Shown here: positions 36,028-43,914 of the stretch, one piece after another
Position numbering within the stretch: the stretch's first letter is position 1
How the letters are laid out: each line of letters starts with the position of its first letter
Assembly (NCBI GenBank): GCA_003235715.1
Contig: QJVM01000148.1
Location: 1-58,489, forward strand
Reading direction: 5' to 3'
DNA from: Nitrospirota bacterium
GTDB taxonomy: Bacteria > Nitrospirota > Thermodesulfovibrionia > SZUA-242
DNA length: 58,489 bases
Notes under the pieces: generated by a model
Seen by the model: only the letters and a program-made list of their open reading frames with translations
Told to the model about the DNA's origin: nothing
The model's database searches: none
Position numbers and translations under genes: made by a program

Positions 36028-37383
36028 CTATTCTGCCGCGATGTTGTAGTGTCCGTCCTTGTCGATCTCGATGTTGGCGTTCAGGAACCGGGCGTTATAG
36101 CCCTTTTCCTTCAGCGTCAGATAGGCCATCTCGGCGCGGATTCCCGTAATGCAGTGAAGGATGACTTCCTTGTCCTTGGGAATCTGGTCCACGTTGTCGG
36201 CCACATCCTGGGCAGGGATGTTATGGGCCCCCTTCAGCATGCCCTGCATGGCCTCATCCTCATCCCGCACATCGAGGATGAACTTGTCTCCAGGCATGGT
36301 TTCAACGATTTGCTTGAACTCGGCTACCGGGATGGAACCCGCGGCCGGTTTTGGAACGTAGACGATTTCCGTGGCCAGCTGGTTGCTCGCCAATTCGGCG
36401 CCGCTGTTCTTCCATGCGGGGAATCCGCCCTCAAGAACAGAGATGTTCTTGAAGCCCCAACCGCGAACAACCGCGAAAGAGGGCATCGCCTCGCTCTGGG
36501 TCTCCGCGTAGAGCACAACGGGCGCAGCCTTCGAGCCCGGGAAGGCGTTCTTCATGTTTGGCAGATCAGCGGCCGGAATCGATACGGCTCCGGGGATGTG
36601 CGCGGCTTTGGCCGAATCGACAGGCCGGAGGTCAATGACGACCACTGGCATGCCTTCCTTGTACTGATCCTGGAGGTATTTGGCGGTTGAGACGACAGGC
36701 ATCTTGGCCTTTTTCCAGGCCGGCATGCCGTCATGAAAGATCCTGACGTTGGTATATCCGAGTTTCTCCGCCCGACCGGCGGAAGAAGGGCTCAGCCTTC
36801 AAGTAGGGCCGCCGCAGTAGAAGATCAGGAGGCGGCTCTTGTCCTTCGGGAGTTTGTCGACATTTTCATCGAACTGGGCATCGTAGATGACGATGGAGCC
36901 GGGGATGTGCCCTTCGTGATACCTCGGCCCCGGACGCGCATCCACCAGCGTGTAATTTCCGGCTTCGGGGCCCTTGTCAACAAGGGCTGAAAGTTCTTCC
37001 AGCTTAATCAGTTTTTCCTCGGGGACGACCGCTGGCGGTTTGACATAGACCTTGGTGGCGTAGAGCTGGCCGTCCTCCTGCACATAATGGATGGCGATCT
37101 CCTTGCCCTGGCCGATGTTTTTGAAGTCCTTCTCTCCGATGAGCTCCGTATCGGCGTCGAAGGGGACCACCCAGGTGGCCGGGCCGATCTGAATCTTGAT
37201 GGTTTCAGCCTTGGCCGACACGGTTCCCAGCTGTCCCCGGAGTACCCCGGGTTCATCCTTGTGGCATTGCAGACAGGGTTTGATGATGGTGGGCTTTCCA
37301 TCCGCCGCCCAGGCGCCTGTCATGTACAGGACCGTTGCGGCCAGGAGAGCGACCGTCATCGTGATAAAGGCTCGTTTCCGCAT
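36028..37383 (-). CDS. Secreted monoheme c-type cytochrome fused to three rhodanese domains; selenoprotein with Sec encoded by TGA 36799-36801
   Basis: ORFs 36799..37464 and 36028..36726 are in frame. Joined, they read ...SRLLIFYCGGPT-U-RLSPSSAGRAEKLGYTNVRIFHDGMPAWKKA..., and the 72-nt gap encodes the missing C-terminal part of rhodanese domain 1. Signal peptide MRKRAFITMTVALLAATVLYMTGAWA and heme motif CLQCH are present. Domain 2 lacks a Cys; domain 3 has HCITGIRAE. AGGAGG RBS before the ATG at 37383. Confidence 0.7.
36763..36787 (-). promoter_or_regulatory. SECIS-like stem-loop for the heme-rhodanese gene
   Basis: UUCUUCCGCC-GGUCG-GGCGGAGAAA: 5 G:C pairs, then U:A and U:G, one mismatch, then 2 U:A. 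The GGUC-containing loop resembles the E. coli fdhF SECIS apex. Starts 11 nt after the UGA. Confidence 0.55.
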
Positions 37384-37452
37384 AATGCCTCCTTTCAGAA
37401 TTCGGACCGCCAGATGCGGTCCGGTCATGGATTCTGTAAACCGTATGACAAA

Positions 37453-37468
37453 AGCAATTGACATACCC
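37453..37468 (-). promoter_or_regulatory. Sigma-54 (-24/-12) type promoter for the heme-rhodanese selenoprotein gene
   Basis: The minus strand reads GGGTATG-TCAA-TTGCT, against the consensus TGGCACG-N4-TTGCW. GG and GC have the correct spacing. It lies about 70 nt upstream of the ATG at 37383. Confidence 0.4.
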
Positions 37469-37513
37469 GTCCTCGGTTCGATCGGGTTTCAATAAAAAAC
37501 AACAGGTTACAGG

Positions 37514-37569
37514 GTTAACTCTATGGATCTGTTAACTTTGACGTGGTTAACGGTTAATGCTATGTTAAC
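37514..37569. repeat. Cluster of five GTTAAC/GTTAAT hexamers (candidate activator binding sites)
   Basis: GTTAAC at 37514, 37531, 37546 and 37564, and GTTAAT at 37553. They sit between the sigma-54 promoter and the divergent sigma-54 activator gene. Confidence 0.5.
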
Positions 37570-37572
37570 ACC

Positions 37573-38934
37573 ATGCCCTTCAAAGACTTTCAGGACGAAC
37601 ATTTTCTCTCCTCTCTTCTGGATACGATGACCGACGGCGTGATGGTCGTCGACCCGGAGGGAATCATCATGTGCCTGAATCCTGCTGCCGAACGCATCAC
37701 GGGTTACGCTTCGTCCGAAATCATCGGAAAGCCGTGCACCCTGCTGGATACGGACGCCTGCCTCGTGAGCGAGGGCGACACCAAGGTGAAGCGCTGTTCC
37801 CTTTTCAAGGAGGGCAAGGTTTCGAACCGACGGTGCCAGATACGGGGAAAGAACGGCCAGAACGTCATGCTCCTCAAGAATGCCGTAACGCTCCGGGACC
37901 CTTCAGGACAGGTGGTGGGCGCCGTGGAAACCATGACCGACGTAACCAGCCTTTTCATGAAGGAAATGGAAGTCGAGCAGCTTCGGCGGGAACTGTCGCA
38001 TGAGTATGGGTTCATGGGACTCGTCGGGAACAGTCCGGCCATGCAGCAGGTTTACGAACAGATCCGGAATGCCTCGCAGAGCGATGTGCCCGTCATTATT
38101 TCCGGTGAAAGCGGAACGGGGAAGGAACTGGCGGCCGAGGCCATACACCGGATGAGCCGCAGGAAAGAGGGTCCGTACATCCGGGTCAACTGTGCGGCGT
38201 TGAACGAGCACCTGCTCGAGACCGAACTCTTCGGACACCGGAAGGGCGCGTTTACGGGGGCCGTTGCAGACCGCAAGGGACGCTTCGAGGCGGCCGATGG
38301 CGGCAGTCTTTTCCTGGACGAAATCGGCGACATGTCCCCGGCCATGCAGGTCAAGCTGCTCCGTGTCCTTCAGGAAAAGGAGGTGGAGCGGATCGGCGAG
38401 AACCATCCGGTAAAGGTGGACGTCCGGATCATCACCGCCACCAACCGGGACCTAGACGCGCTCATGGAGAGTGGGAAGTTTCGGGAAGACCTCTATTACC
38501 GGGTCCATGTGCTGCCCGTCCACATTCCGCCCCTCCGGGAGCACATCGAGGATCTCGCCCAGCTGGTTCCCTATATTCTCAAGAGAATATCCGTGGTGAA
38601 CCGGAAAGCGGTCACCAGGGTTACGCCCGAGGCCTATGCGGTTCTGGAATCCTTCGAATGGCCCGGAAATATCCGGCAGTTGAATAATGCCCTGGAGTAC
38701 GCGGCGATCACTTGCCGCAAGGAGACAATTGAGGCGCGGGACCTGCCGGAATACCTGTCCCGTAGAAAGCCTCCAATGAGCCGGAGAGGCCGACAAATGC
38801 CCAGGGCGGAAGAACTCATCCAGGTGCTGCGCGACAACGGGTTTAACCGAACCCGGGCCGCAGAGGCCCTGGGCATCAGCCGGGTGGCCCTCTGGAAGCG
38901 CATGAAGCGGCTTGGAATTTCCGACCTGTCATGA
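37573..38934 (+). CDS. Sigma-54-dependent transcriptional activator with an N-terminal PAS domain
   Basis: PAS (MVVDPEGIIMCLNPAAERITGY); AAA+ domain with GESGTGKE, GAFTGA and LFLDEIG; C-terminal Fis-type HTH (NRTRAAEALGISRVALWKRMKRLGI). Confidence 0.92.
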   Translation: MPFKDFQDEHFLSSLLDTMTDGVMVVDPEGIIMCLNPAAERITGYASSEIIGKPCTLLDTDACLVSEGDTKVKRCSLFKEGKVSNRRCQIRGKNGQNVMLLKNAVTLRDPSGQVVGAVETMTDVTSLFMKEMEVEQLRRELSHEYGFMGLVGNSPAMQQVYEQIRNASQSDVPVIISGESGTGKELAAEAIHRMSRRKEGPYIRVNCAALNEHLLETELFGHRKGAFTGAVADRKGRFEAADGGSLFLDEIGDMSPAMQVKLLRVLQEKEVERIGENHPVKVDVRIITATNRDLDALMESGKFREDLYYRVHVLPVHIPPLREHIEDLAQLVPYILKRISVVNRKAVTRVTPEAYAVLESFEWPGNIRQLNNALEYAAITCRKETIEARDLPEYLSRRKPPMSRRGRQMPRAEELIQVLRDNGFNRTRAAEALGISRVALWKRMKRLGISDLS

Positions 38935-39122
38935 GTTCTTTTACGGGGTAGGCCGCGATTTTTCCCGTCACCGACTTGAATCGAACTGCGGCGGTAAGCT
39001 AAGGTCAAGCCGCGGGGCCGGTGGCTTCGGCCTAGTCACACCATCCGACTCTCCAGCAAGGACAATCCCATCCATCTCGAACCGGAACTTTCAGTCGTCC
39101 TCTCCGGCCGGGGGTACTCCCG

Positions 39123-40844
39123 GTGACTCACCGGTATGACGCGGTTATCGTAGGGACCGGCCTGGCCGGGCTCCGGGCGGCCATGGAAATGCCGCCGGGG
39201 GCCAGAGTGGCCCTCCTGAGCAAGGTGTATCCCACGCGCTCCCATTCCGGAGCCGCCCAGGGGGGCATTGCGGCGGCGCTGGGAAACGAAGAGCCGGACA
39301 TGCCGGAATGGCATACCTACGATACGGTGAAGGGCGGCGATTACCTTACGGACCAGGATGCCGCCGAGGTCCTGGCGGCGGATGGGCCCCGGGCCATCTT
39401 CGAGCTGGAACACCTGGGGGTTCCCTTTAACCGCCGGCCCGACGGTCGTATTGCCCAGAGAGCCTTTGGAGGACACACCCGGGATTTCGGCGCGGCACCC
39501 GTCAAGAGGGCGTGTCATGCGGCCGACCGCACGGGGCGGGTCGTTCTCGACACGCTGTACATGGAGTCGGTCCGTCGAGGGTTCAGGGTCTTTCCCGAGT
39601 TCAGCCTCGTGGATATTCTTCTCAGAGAGGGGCGGGTGGCCGGCCTTGTGGCGATGGAATTTGCCACCGGAGAACTGCACGTTTTCGAGACGCGGCTCCT
39701 CCTGCTGGCCACAGGCGGCTTCGGAAGAGTGTACCGGACCACTTCCAACTGCTTTGCGAATACCGGAGACGGGGTCTATCTTGCCTATCGTGCCGGCGTT
39801 CCGCTCCAGGACATGGAATTTGTACAGTTTCATCCCACGGGCATTCACGGTCTCGGGGTCCTCATCAGTGAGGCGGCCCGTGGGGAGGGCGGGTTCCTGC
39901 GAAACGGGGACGGGCAGCGCTTCATGGACAGGTATGCCCCCACCATCAGGGACCTTGCGGCCCGGGACGTGGTGTCGCGAGCGATCCTGACGGAAATCAG
40001 GGAGGGCCGGGGGATCCAGGGCGGAGATTGTGTCCATCTGGACCTCCGGCACCTGGGAAGCGAGCGCATCTCGGAGAAATTGAGCGAGATCGCCTCCTTC
40101 ATCCGGATCTACCTGGGGCTGGACCCGTCCAACGACCTGATTCCGGTGTCGCCAACCTGCCATTACATGATGGGGGGCATTCCCACGAACCTTGACGGGC
40201 AGGTTCGGGCCGCGGATGGCAGCATCGTGCCAGGGTTTTACGCCGTGGGGGAATGCGCCTGCATCTCGGTTCATGGTGCGAACCGTTTGGGGTGCAATTC
40301 CCTCCTTGACCTTGTGGTCTTCGGCCGGCGGGCCGGGCAGAAGATGGTGAAAGACCTTTCGCTTCTGGACCGGACAGAGTTATCCTCAAAGTCCGAATCC
40401 AGGATTCACGGCCGCATGAAACGTCTCGTTGAGTCACGGGGAGAGGTGAGGGTGCCGGACCTCCGGTCCCGGATGCAGTCCGTGATGAACCGGTACGGCC
40501 TGGCCTTCCGATCGGAGCCCGGTCTTCGGCAGGGACTCGCCGAGATACGGGAACTGGCAGAGCAATGCGCATTCGTGAAAGTCGAAAACCGGCAGCGCGG
40601 CTATAATGCAGAACTGATGGAGGCCCTGGAACTGGAAAGCCTGCTTGGTCTTTCGGAACTCATCCTGGTATCCGCCCTTCAACGCACGGAAAGCCGAGGG
40701 GCCCATTACCGGGAGGACCATCCCCTCCGGAATGACAAGGACTGGCTGAAACACACTTTGGTTCGCGCGCGTACGGAAGGCCCTGAGGTAATACACCGGC
40801 CAGTGGTCATCACCCGTTTTGAGCCCAAGGAAAGGGTGTACTGA
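39123..40844 (+). CDS. sdhA: Succinate dehydrogenase / fumarate reductase flavoprotein subunit
   Basis: DAVIVGTGLAGLRAA (FAD) and RSHSGAAQGG (covalent-FAD His). 573 aa. GTG start. Confidence 0.93.
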   Translation: MTHRYDAVIVGTGLAGLRAAMEMPPGARVALLSKVYPTRSHSGAAQGGIAAALGNEEPDMPEWHTYDTVKGGDYLTDQDAAEVLAADGPRAIFELEHLGVPFNRRPDGRIAQRAFGGHTRDFGAAPVKRACHAADRTGRVVLDTLYMESVRRGFRVFPEFSLVDILLREGRVAGLVAMEFATGELHVFETRLLLLATGGFGRVYRTTSNCFANTGDGVYLAYRAGVPLQDMEFVQFHPTGIHGLGVLISEAARGEGGFLRNGDGQRFMDRYAPTIRDLAARDVVSRAILTEIREGRGIQGGDCVHLDLRHLGSERISEKLSEIASFIRIYLGLDPSNDLIPVSPTCHYMMGGIPTNLDGQVRAADGSIVPGFYAVGECACISVHGANRLGCNSLLDLVVFGRRAGQKMVKDLSLLDRTELSSKSESRIHGRMKRLVESRGEVRVPDLRSRMQSVMNRYGLAFRSEPGLRQGLAEIRELAEQCAFVKVENRQRGYNAELMEALELESLLGLSELILVSALQRTESRGAHYREDHPLRNDKDWLKHTLVRARTEGPEVIHRPVVITRFEPKERVY

Positions 40845-40845
40845 G

Positions 40846-41574
40846 GTGGAATTGAGCTTCCGCATCAGGAGACAGGAAGCCCGGGAGCCGGGGCCGCCCC
40901 GTTTCGATTCGTACAGGGTGAGTGCTGCGCCGAACGAACGGATCCTGGATTGTCTCAATCGGATCCGCTGGGATCAGGACCCGACCCTGGCCTACCGCAT
41001 GTCGTGCGCCCACGGGGTCTGCGGCTCGGATGCGATGAGGATCAACGGCGTCTGCGCCCTGGCCTGCCAGAAACTGGCCAAGGACTATGCCGGGACCGAG
41101 ATCCTGCTTGAGCCCCTTCCCGGCTTTGCGGTTCAGAAGGACCTGATGGTGGACCTCCAGCCTTTCTTTGACAAGGTGAGCTTCATAAAGCCTTATCTCC
41201 AGGCCATGACCGTCCCGCCCTCGGGCCGGGAAAGGACCCAGAGCGCCGAAGATCAGAAGGTGCTGGACAAGGCCCTTAGATGTATCCTTTGCGCGTGTTG
41301 TGTGGCAAGCTGTCCGGTGTACGAAGAAGACCACGCTTTCCTTGGCCCCGCCTCCCTGGTCTGGGCTTTCCGTTTTCTCTTCGATACACGCGACGAAGCC
41401 CGAATGGAAAGATTGGTTCAACTGAACAGTCCGAAAGCGGCGTGGGGTTGTCGGAACCACTTCAACTGTACCCGCGTCTGTCCCAAGGAAATTCCGGTGA
41501 CCAGAAGCATCAATATGATCAAACGCGAGATTCAGAAATACTTTGAAGAAGGGAAGGGTCAGGAACTCAAATGA
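40846..41574 (+). CDS. sdhB: Succinate dehydrogenase / fumarate reductase iron-sulfur subunit
   Basis: 2Fe-2S Cys (SCAHGVCGSDAMRINGVCALAC), CILCACCVASCP and CRNHFNCTRVCP. GTG start 2 nt after the sdhA stop; the ATG at 40819 is the alternative. Confidence 0.9.
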   Translation: MELSFRIRRQEAREPGPPRFDSYRVSAAPNERILDCLNRIRWDQDPTLAYRMSCAHGVCGSDAMRINGVCALACQKLAKDYAGTEILLEPLPGFAVQKDLMVDLQPFFDKVSFIKPYLQAMTVPPSGRERTQSAEDQKVLDKALRCILCACCVASCPVYEEDHAFLGPASLVWAFRFLFDTRDEARMERLVQLNSPKAAWGCRNHFNCTRVCPKEIPVTRSINMIKREIQKYFEEGKGQELK

Positions 41575-41597
41575 GAAATGAAACAGGATGGAAATGG

Positions 41598-42596
41598 ATG
41601 AAGAGATGGCTGGCCTCAGGCGCCGTGGCCACAGGAGTGACATTATTTCTGCTCGTGGCCGCATGCGCGGACCAGCCTGAGACGGGAGGGGGATCGGAAA
41701 TGTCCCAACCGGCGCTGGCCCGGGTGAACGGGCGGGATATCACGGAATCGGACCTGGATCTGGCCATCAAGGTGATGTCCTACCAGAATCCCGCCATGGC
41801 GAACATCAAGACCGATGAAGACATGAAACAGGTTAGAAAGGCCGTGCTCCAGCAGCTTGTGAGCAAGGAACTGCTTTATTCAGAAGCCCAGAAGCTGGAT
41901 CTGAAGGACAAGGATAAGATGGTCCAGGCCGGGTACGATGAGGTGCTGGCCCGGTTTGGTACAGAAACGGCCTTTATGGAAAGCCTGAAGGAGCGGGGGG
42001 TAACCCGCGAGTGGTTCATGAAAGAACTGGAGGCCCAGGTTCTGATCCAGGCTCTGGTCAAGGAGAAGGTTCGTGATCAGGTAACGGTCTCCAATGAACA
42101 GGCCCGTGAGTTCTATGAGAAACAGAAGGACAAGTTCGTGGACAAGGCGAAGGTCCATGCCAGCCACATCCTGATTCGGGTAGAGTCCGATGCCTCGGAC
42201 GATAAGAAGGCCGAGGCCAAAAAGAAGATCGACTCCCTTCGGGAGAGGGCCCTGAACGGCGAGGATTTCAACGATCTGGCGGCCGCGAACTCAGAGGATC
42301 CTTCAGCCCAGAGCAACCGGGGAGACCTGGGCTTCTTTCCCCGAGGTGTCATGGTCCCCGAGTTTGAGAAGGCGGCGTTCGAACTTGAACCGGGAAAGGT
42401 GAGCGATGTGATCGAGACTCCGTTCGGGTACCACATCATCAAAGTGGCCGAAAGACAGGATGAACGGGAAGTCTCTTTCGAAGAAGCCAAACCCCGCCTC
42501 AAGGAGTATCTGAAAGACGCCATTGCCCAGGATATGCTTGGAAAATATATTGATTCGCTCAGAGCAGACGCCAAGATTGAGATGTTCATGGAGTGA
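41598..42596 (+). CDS. Parvulin-type peptidyl-prolyl isomerase (SurA/PrsA-like), lipoprotein
   Basis: Lipobox LLVAAC; PpiC domain HASHILIRV...GDLGFFPRGVMVPEFEKAAF...TPFGYHIIKV. Confidence 0.85.
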   Translation: MKRWLASGAVATGVTLFLLVAACADQPETGGGSEMSQPALARVNGRDITESDLDLAIKVMSYQNPAMANIKTDEDMKQVRKAVLQQLVSKELLYSEAQKLDLKDKDKMVQAGYDEVLARFGTETAFMESLKERGVTREWFMKELEAQVLIQALVKEKVRDQVTVSNEQAREFYEKQKDKFVDKAKVHASHILIRVESDASDDKKAEAKKKIDSLRERALNGEDFNDLAAANSEDPSAQSNRGDLGFFPRGVMVPEFEKAAFELEPGKVSDVIETPFGYHIIKVAERQDEREVSFEEAKPRLKEYLKDAIAQDMLGKYIDSLRADAKIEMFME

Positions 42597-42613
42597 CGTT
42601 CCGGCCGGCGGCG

Positions 42614-42641
42614 TTCCCGGGTTTGTTTTGTAACCCGGGAA
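42614..42641. terminator. Bidirectional hairpin terminator
   Basis: TTCCCGGGTT-TGTTTTGT-AACCCGGGAA forms a perfect 10-bp stem between convergent genes. Confidence 0.6.
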
Positions 42642-42651
42642 CCCCTCGCGG

Positions 42652-43911
42652 CTAGCTGTGGTCCTGCATATCGGCTTCGGCCGCACGGACGAGGCCATCG
42701 ACGGTGGCCGCATCTCCGGGGCAGGCCGCGACACCGATGCGCACATCGAAATGGCCGAGCGGGGGCTTTAGGGCTGATATCCCGGCCTCTTCCATCTTCC
42801 GACGAAGGGCCTCGGCTTTGGTTCTGGCCCCGGTTTCTGCCGTGTCTCTCAGAAGTATCCCGAACTGCCCGCCTCCGAGATAGGCTCCACGATCCACAAC
42901 CCTGATATTAGCGGTAATCGTGGAGGCCGTTCCCTGAAGCAGCCTGAGAACGGCGGATTCCGATGGGTTGGCCCTTCCCGTCTCGAACGGCCAGAGGTCC
43001 AGTCGGATAATCGAGAAGAAACCCGGGTTGCGATGGACCCGGTGAATCTCATCGGCGAGCATGGATTCGAAGGCCCTCCGGTTATACAGTCCTGTTTGCT
43101 GATCTTTAACCGACAACTGCTCGATCAAGGCGCGGTCCTTTTCCAAGCGTTCGGCCATGGCGTTGAATGCCCGGCTGAGAAGTGTCAGTTCGTTCCCATC
43201 CCTTACCGGCACCCGTTCTGAGTATTCCCCTCGCCCGATCTGAACCACCCCGCGCGTCAGGTCACGAACAGGACCAAGGACGGACCTGGCCGTCTTGACT
43301 CCAAGAAGAAGCACGATCCCAAGACAGACCAGGAAGGAGGCCGTGACCAGAAAGAGAAGTCTCATCTTCACCCCATAGGCGTCCGCAAGGTTTGTATCGA
43401 TCTTTCGGGACACCAGATGCATAAGGGTTTCGAGCCTTTCCAGGATGCTTTCCGCGTCACGGTCAAAGCCCTCCATTTCCGAGAGGGGGTCGGCTCCGGG
43501 GCCCTCTCCCGGGTAGTTCAATATGCCGGCCGTAAGCGTCTTCCAGCTATCGAAAGCCTCCTCCGCGAGAAGGGCTTCGTCCTTCGTGTCGAACGGGGCG
43601 CGGAGGACGTCCTCAAAGGCCCGGTCCACGTGTTCAGAGGCGTTCCGATACTGGTCCCGGTGAGCTTCGTTCCCGTACATCAGGAAGTCATGCGCCTCCA
43701 TTTCTGCCATCCGTACGAGCTTCTCAACCCGGAGCAGGGGGTACTGTTCCTTCAGCGCATCCTCGATGGCCTCGTCCAGAGCCCGGGTCGAAAGATGAAC
43801 CGAGACTACCGCCGCGAGCCCGATGGTGAAAACCGCGAGAGCCACGGCGGTCGTGTAGAGAAGGAACTTCGTCCTGAGAGACGAAATGGGACGGATCTCC
43901 GAATCGGTCAT
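42652..43911 (-). CDS. Membrane sensor with HAMP and a degenerate GGDEF domain
   Basis: Two TM segments, HAMP (RDLTRGVVQIGRGEYSERV), and a GGDEF fold (QTGLYNRRAFE...). The signature reads GGGQF (YLGGGQFGILL) instead of GGDEF/GGEEF. Confidence 0.85.
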   Translation of the reverse strand: MTDSEIRPISSLRTKFLLYTTAVALAVFTIGLAAVVSVHLSTRALDEAIEDALKEQYPLLRVEKLVRMAEMEAHDFLMYGNEAHRDQYRNASEHVDRAFEDVLRAPFDTKDEALLAEEAFDSWKTLTAGILNYPGEGPGADPLSEMEGFDRDAESILERLETLMHLVSRKIDTNLADAYGVKMRLLFLVTASFLVCLGIVLLLGVKTARSVLGPVRDLTRGVVQIGRGEYSERVPVRDGNELTLLSRAFNAMAERLEKDRALIEQLSVKDQQTGLYNRRAFESMLADEIHRVHRNPGFFSIIRLDLWPFETGRANPSESAVLRLLQGTASTITANIRVVDRGAYLGGGQFGILLRDTAETGARTKAEALRRKMEEAGISALKPPLGHFDVRIGVAACPGDAATVDGLVRAAEADMQDHS

Positions 43912-43914
43912 GGG

